Source: Chiloscyllium plagiosum (lineage: Eukaryota). From it: a stretch of DNA of 39,053 bases. The notes under the pieces are model-generated. The model had not been told where the DNA came from. It did no database searches and was given only the letters and a program-made list of their open reading frames with translations. The stretch's first letter is position 1. Every line of letters begins with the position of its first letter. Of the stretch, positions 34,311 through 39,053 are shown piece by piece. The stretch covers positions 1 to 39,053 of the forward strand of contig NW_025214106.1 in assembly GCF_004010195.1 (NCBI RefSeq), in the 5' to 3' direction. A program made the position numbers and the translations under genes.

Positions 34311-35534
34311 AAGCACTGTGTCTGTGTGCGGGCGTGTGCATGTGTTTGTGTGTAAGTGTCCATATCTGTATGTATATGTGTTGTGTGTTTAATGTGTCTA
34401 TGTATGTTTGTGTGCATCTCTGTGAAATGATGGCTCTGTCGGTTTGGGGGTAATACCATTGAAATTGAGATAAACCCCTACTCCCCTTCTCCACCTCTAC
34501 GACTGTCCCTATTAAGATTATATTCATACAATGCCACGCTCTGCTGGTCTCCCCATGCCACTGCACAAGTCTCAGTTTTTTTCCTCTCTATCAAAGGACA
34601 TCAAATACTGCTAATCTCTCACATTGCACGACTGTTTGGTTTTACAAATATCGCTGGAGGCACAGAACAGTTTTGTCTGATACCTAGATATATTACCACC
34701 ACCACTGGGTCGGTTTCAGGACTTTTCAATCCTTTCTCACTTACAGCTTGTATGGGTGAATTATAAAATATTTCAATTTAAAGAACATGTTATACATTTA
34801 TCGCATCACCTTATAAATGGTTTGGTCAGAATTGCTTGGTTGCAGTTGCAGTGGAAATACTCTTTAAGGTGTACACTTTGTGTAACGAATAATCTTCAAA
34901 GACAAATCGCTTCCACATTGCAGAGCCAGCACAAATATTACTCCTCAGAAGCATTCGCCACTCTGAGTGTCCTCAGTACAATTATGATCCTCCCTATACC
35001 CAATTGTGTGTGTGTGTGTGTGCGCGCGCGCGCGCATGTGCAGATGGTGCTGTCAGTTTGGATGGTGCTATGATCTACCTCCCTGTCCCCACCTCCTCGA
35101 CTAAATCCCTTCTGGTTTTCTTCCTCCACTGCCATCAATGCAGTAGAGTGTGAAGGCGATCAGAGGGGGACATTGCATCCCTTTAAACACCACAGAGGCT
35201 GGCAGATCCGCACACGGATACCCACATAGACACGCAGGTACACACAGATATGAATATAGATACACATGTGCACATATGAGTGGTGCAGAAACACAGATAC
35301 TAAAGCAGACACACAGAGACAAATCCCGATACACAGATGCACGTGCACACATAGATATACAGGCATCAGCACAGACACACCACAGACATGGAGAATCTGC
35401 CAGTATTTATTTTTAGCGTGGTGACTTCCTCAATATTTCATTCACTCGTGTGATATGTGTCAATATTTCTGTTGATCCGTAAGGATATCTCTGCACCCTC
35501 ACTATGGCTTGTACATCTTTCCTATAACAAGGTG
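33889..35534. repeat. 215-bp inverted duplication (33889-34103 vs 35320-35534)
   Basis: The arms are reverse complements with only three mismatches seen; ORFs 33810+ and 35413- share the peptide PCYRKDVQAIVRVQRYPYGSTEILTHITRVNEILRKSPR. Confidence 0.95.
35005..35042. repeat. (TG)9(CG)6 alternating purine-pyrimidine tract
   Basis: 38 bp of uninterrupted YR alternation; degenerate TG/CA-rich tracts also lie at 34317-34425 and 35205-35390. Confidence 0.95.
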
Positions 35535-37270
35535 ACCAGAACTGAAACCAATGTTCCAAGTGTGCTGTTGCGACACAGCAATGAACCCGTTTGTTAATTA
35601 AACCAAACACCCAAAAAAGCTCCCTTGCCTTATAACCTGTTAAAGCACGAGTGACAGAGAACTCGAAAATTCCACTATTTAAAGAAAAATAGTATCAATT
35701 TATTTCTTAACTCTAAAAGTGAACATTGAACAACAACTATTCACAGCTCTAATCTCCCTTTCTCTGAACTATTTGTTATCTGCCTCCACCTCTATAACAA
35801 TATACTGTTTCTTTTAAAAAATAACTAAATTAAAATTACATCATTTAATTTCGAAACCAGACAGCGGCTGTCATCTCCAGTGTCCTCCTCCTTTCAACTA
35901 TGGATCTCACTGGGTCGTCTTCTGTCTTTTACTGCAAGGGTGTTGCATGCAAAAAAACGTAATTTTCATAGAGAATGTTTTGCATGGCAGTCTCTGTCGA
36001 TGGCAGTTTACTCTCTGTCTAAGTTTCATAATGCCTACCTCTTTATCCCCTCAACATCAAATCATCTCTGGTTAAATGTTGGAAAAACAGTAAATTCAAA
36101 ATCTCTTGAATTTATTATCCTGAGGCATAATTTAGAACATCACTCAACTTCATAGAGCTGCAGAATAACATTACAGCTACGAAACTCAGTTCCCCGGCTT
36201 GTGAAAGCCAACACACCTTGCGCCTTCTGAACAACCACATTAATTTGCGTGGCAACTTTGTGGATCTGTGGACATGGAACCCAAGATCCATCTATTCCTC
36301 TACACTGCCAAGTATCCTGCCTTTAACCCTGTCCTCTGCATGCAAAGTTTTCCTTCCAAAGTGAATTACTTCACACTTTTTCAGGTTTAACTCGATCTGC
36401 AAATCATCAGCTCAGTTCTCTCAATGTCTTGCTGCAGCGGGCAACAACTTTCCACACTATCCACAGCTCCACCAACCTCCATTCGCAAGCTTACTAACCC
36501 ACCGTCCCAATTCCCCATTCAACTCTCTTATAAAAGTCACAAAGAGCAGAGTTCCCAGAACCAATCCCTGCATAACACACTGGTCACCGAGCACCAGGCT
36601 GAATACTTTCTATCTACCACTACACTCTGTCTTTTATGGGCCAGCCAATTCTGTATCCAGACAGCCACATTTCCCTGTATCCCATGCCTCCTTACTTTCT
36701 GAATGAACCTACAATTGGTAACTTTATCAAATGACTTGCTAAAATCCAAATACACCACATCCACTGTTCTATCTTCATCAATGTGTTTTATTTTTCACAT
36801 ACACAAAAAGTTCAATAAGACTTATGAAGCATGACCTGCTCCTTACAAAGGCATGCTGACTGCCTCTAATCAAATTATGGTTTTCCAATTAATCAAAACT
36901 CGTGTCCCTCAAATCCTCTCCAATACTTTGCCCATCACTGGCATAAGAATGATTAGCCTCTAATTCACATGATTATCTCTATTCCCTTTCATGAACAAGG
37001 GAATAACATTTGCCAACCTGCTATCATCTGGCAAGAATCCATTGGACAGTGATGACACAAAGATCATCGCAAAACACACAGCAATCTCTTCTCTCGCTTC
37101 CTATAGTATCCTGGGTTTATTTCCTAGCTGGCCTAGAAGATTTGCCTATCCTTGCGATTCTCAATATTTTTAGCACATCCTCCTGTTCTAGCATATCAGC
37201 CTGTTTCACACTGTACCCAAAAATATGAAGGTCCCTCTCAGTACTGAATACTGAAGCAAGGCATTCATTA
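35490..37270 (-). mobile_element. CR1 RT fragment, interrupted by the LTR-like segment
   Basis: HLEHWFQFWSPCYRKD and DVVYLDFSKSFDKV..WIQNWLAHKRQSVVV. Confidence 0.9.
35566..36150 (-). mobile_element. LTR-like segment inserted in a CR1
   Basis: The minus strand ends ..TGTGTCGCAACA and has AATAAA (~35700). CR1 sequence stops at 35565 and resumes at ~36152. Confidence 0.45.
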
Positions 37271-37289
37271 GGCAGCTCCCAGAGGTCCT

Positions 37290-39053
37290 TAATGAATTTT
37301 GCCAGAGCGGTGAGGAGAGAAGGAGAGGTAAGCGAGGGTTGCCGGGAAGGGTGAGTTTCCCGGCATTAAAGGGACTTACCTCGGGAGTTGGGCCTCCATT
37401 TGCCGAGAGTTACGAGGGAAGAGCGAAGGACTTCTGGGAAGTCATATATTTGTGTGTTTGTGTTGCCCGATTGTGTGCCAGATTGGGGGGTAAGGTAAGG
37501 CAAAAAGTTTTTTTTATTACTTATTATTTTCAACAGTCTCTTTGGGAATTTAGAATAGTGGGAATGTAAGTTATGGCGGTTGAATATTTCTCCTGCAGAA
37601 TGTGGGAGGTAAGGGTCACCACCATTGTCCCTGCTGACTACATCTGCGGGAAGTTTGCCAACTCCAGCTGCTCGAAAACTGTGTTAGGGAACTGGAGCTT
37701 GAGTTGGATGAACTTCGGATCATTCGGGAGACAAAGGGGGTTATTAAGAGGAGTTACAGGAAAGTAGTCACTCCTAAGGTATAAGAAAAATGCAAATGGT
37801 TTATAGTCGGGGACGGAAAGGGAACCGGCAAGCAGTGCAGGGATCCCCTGTGGCCATTCCCCTCAACAATAGGTATACTATTTTGGATACTGGTGGGGCG
37901 GGACTTACCATGGGAAAGCAGTGGGGTAGAGCGCTCTGGCACAGAGTCTGTTCCTGCTGCTCAGAAGGGAAAAGAGAAGAGGAGCAGAGCAGTAGTCACT
38001 GGGGACTCCACAGTTAGGGGGACAGAAAGGAGTTCTGTGGGGAGGAGAGAACTCATGGTTGGTGTGTTGCCTCCCAGGTGCCAGAGTCTGTGATGTCTCT
38101 GATCGTGTTTTTGGAATCCTTAAGGGGGAGGGGGAGCAGCCCCAAGACGTGGTCCACATCGGCACCAACGACATAGGTATGAAGAGAGATGGGGATTTTA
38201 CGCAGAAATTCAGGGCGCTAGGATGGAAGATTAGAGCTAGGACAAACAGAGTTGTTGGCTGTGGTTTGTTGTCCGTGCCACGTGCTAGTGAGGCAAGGGA
38301 TAGGGAGAGAGAGAAGGTGAACACGTGGCTACAGGATGGTGCACGAGGGAGGGTGTTGGATTCTTGGATAATTGGAGTTCTTTCTGATTTAGGTGGGACC
38401 TCTACAAGCAGGTTGGGCTTCATCTGAACTGGAGGGGTACCAATATCCTGGGGTGGGCTTGAACTAATCCAGTAGGGGAATGGGAACCAAAATTGTAGTT
38501 CGATTATAGAAAAAGTTGAGAGTAGGGAGGTCCAAAATCAAGTTTCAGGGACGCAAGATGGCACTGGCAAGCAAGAGGTTGGTTTTAAGTGTGTCCACTA
38601 AAACGCCAGGAGCACCCGGAATAAGGTGGGTGAACTTGCAGCATGGATCTGTACCTGGGACTTCAATGTTCTGGCCATTTCGGAGAAATGGTTAAGAGCA
38701 GGGACAGGTATGGTATTTGCAGTTTCCAGAATTTAGATGTTTCAGGAAGAACAGAGAATATGGTAAAAGAGGGGGAAGTGTGGCATTGTTAGTCAAGGAC
38801 AGTATTACAATTGCAGAAAGGATGTTTGGGGACTCGTGAACTGTGGTTGTATGGGCTGAAGTTAGAAACCGGAAAGGAGGGATCACCCCGTTGGGAGTTT
38901 TCTAAATGCCTCCTAATAGTTCCATAGATGGAGAGGAAAGGATAGCAAAGATGATTCTCGATAGGATTGACAGAGACAGGTTAGTTGACATGGAGGACTT
39001 CAACTTTCGAAATATTGAACGGGAACACGATAGTACGAGTACTATAGATGGGT
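37290..39053 (+). mobile_element. CR1 LINE 5' part: 5'UTR, ORF1 (Zn-finger/leucine zipper + SGNH esterase) and start of ORF2 APE; pseudogenised; runs off the window
   Basis: FSCRMWEVRVTTIVPADYICGK, IPLNNRYTIL, AVVTGDSTVRG, VCCLPGARV..VVHIGTND, then AISEKWL..KRGGSVALLV..DFNF. Confidence 0.95.

Noticed and set aside
34231..35416. Cys/Val- or His/Thr-rich ORFs
   Set aside because: They are translations of TG/CA microsatellite-like tracts.
35638..36170. TGTTA...TAACA as LTR termini
   Set aside because: The right-hand TAACA belongs to resumed CR1 sequence (ATAGAGCTGCAG.ATAAC) and there is no TSD; boundaries were reassigned to 35566-36150.

Overview
Repeat-saturated, non-genic (intergenic or deep intronic) vertebrate DNA, most likely from a shark. 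The taxon call rests on HE1/V-SINEs, HER1-type CR1 LINEs and Penelope pseudo-LTRs. There are three assembly gaps (6027-6507, 15155-15615, 32434-33037). Most of the window is nested, decayed non-LTR retrotransposon: many CR1 copies in both orientations, a second CR1/L2-group LINE, Vingi-like and RTE-like RT remnants, tRNA-derived SINEs, Penelope-like fragments with hammerhead ribozyme motifs, three LTR-like segments and a decayed Harbinger-type Myb/SANT exon. No intact host protein-coding gene can be supported; nearly all listed ORFs are TE fragments, antisense shadows, microsatellites or N-run artefacts. Three structures stand out: (i) a G-rich tandem array built from the tRNA-like head of the HE1 SINE (32075-33398); (ii) a 215-bp near-perfect inverted copy of local DNA inserted into a CR1 with junction microhomologies (33889-34103 vs 35320-35534); (iii) Penelope fold-back structures carrying minimal hammerhead motifs. 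I found no convincing novel multi-gene system. Family names come from recalled motifs rather than database searches, and boundaries of decayed elements are approximate.
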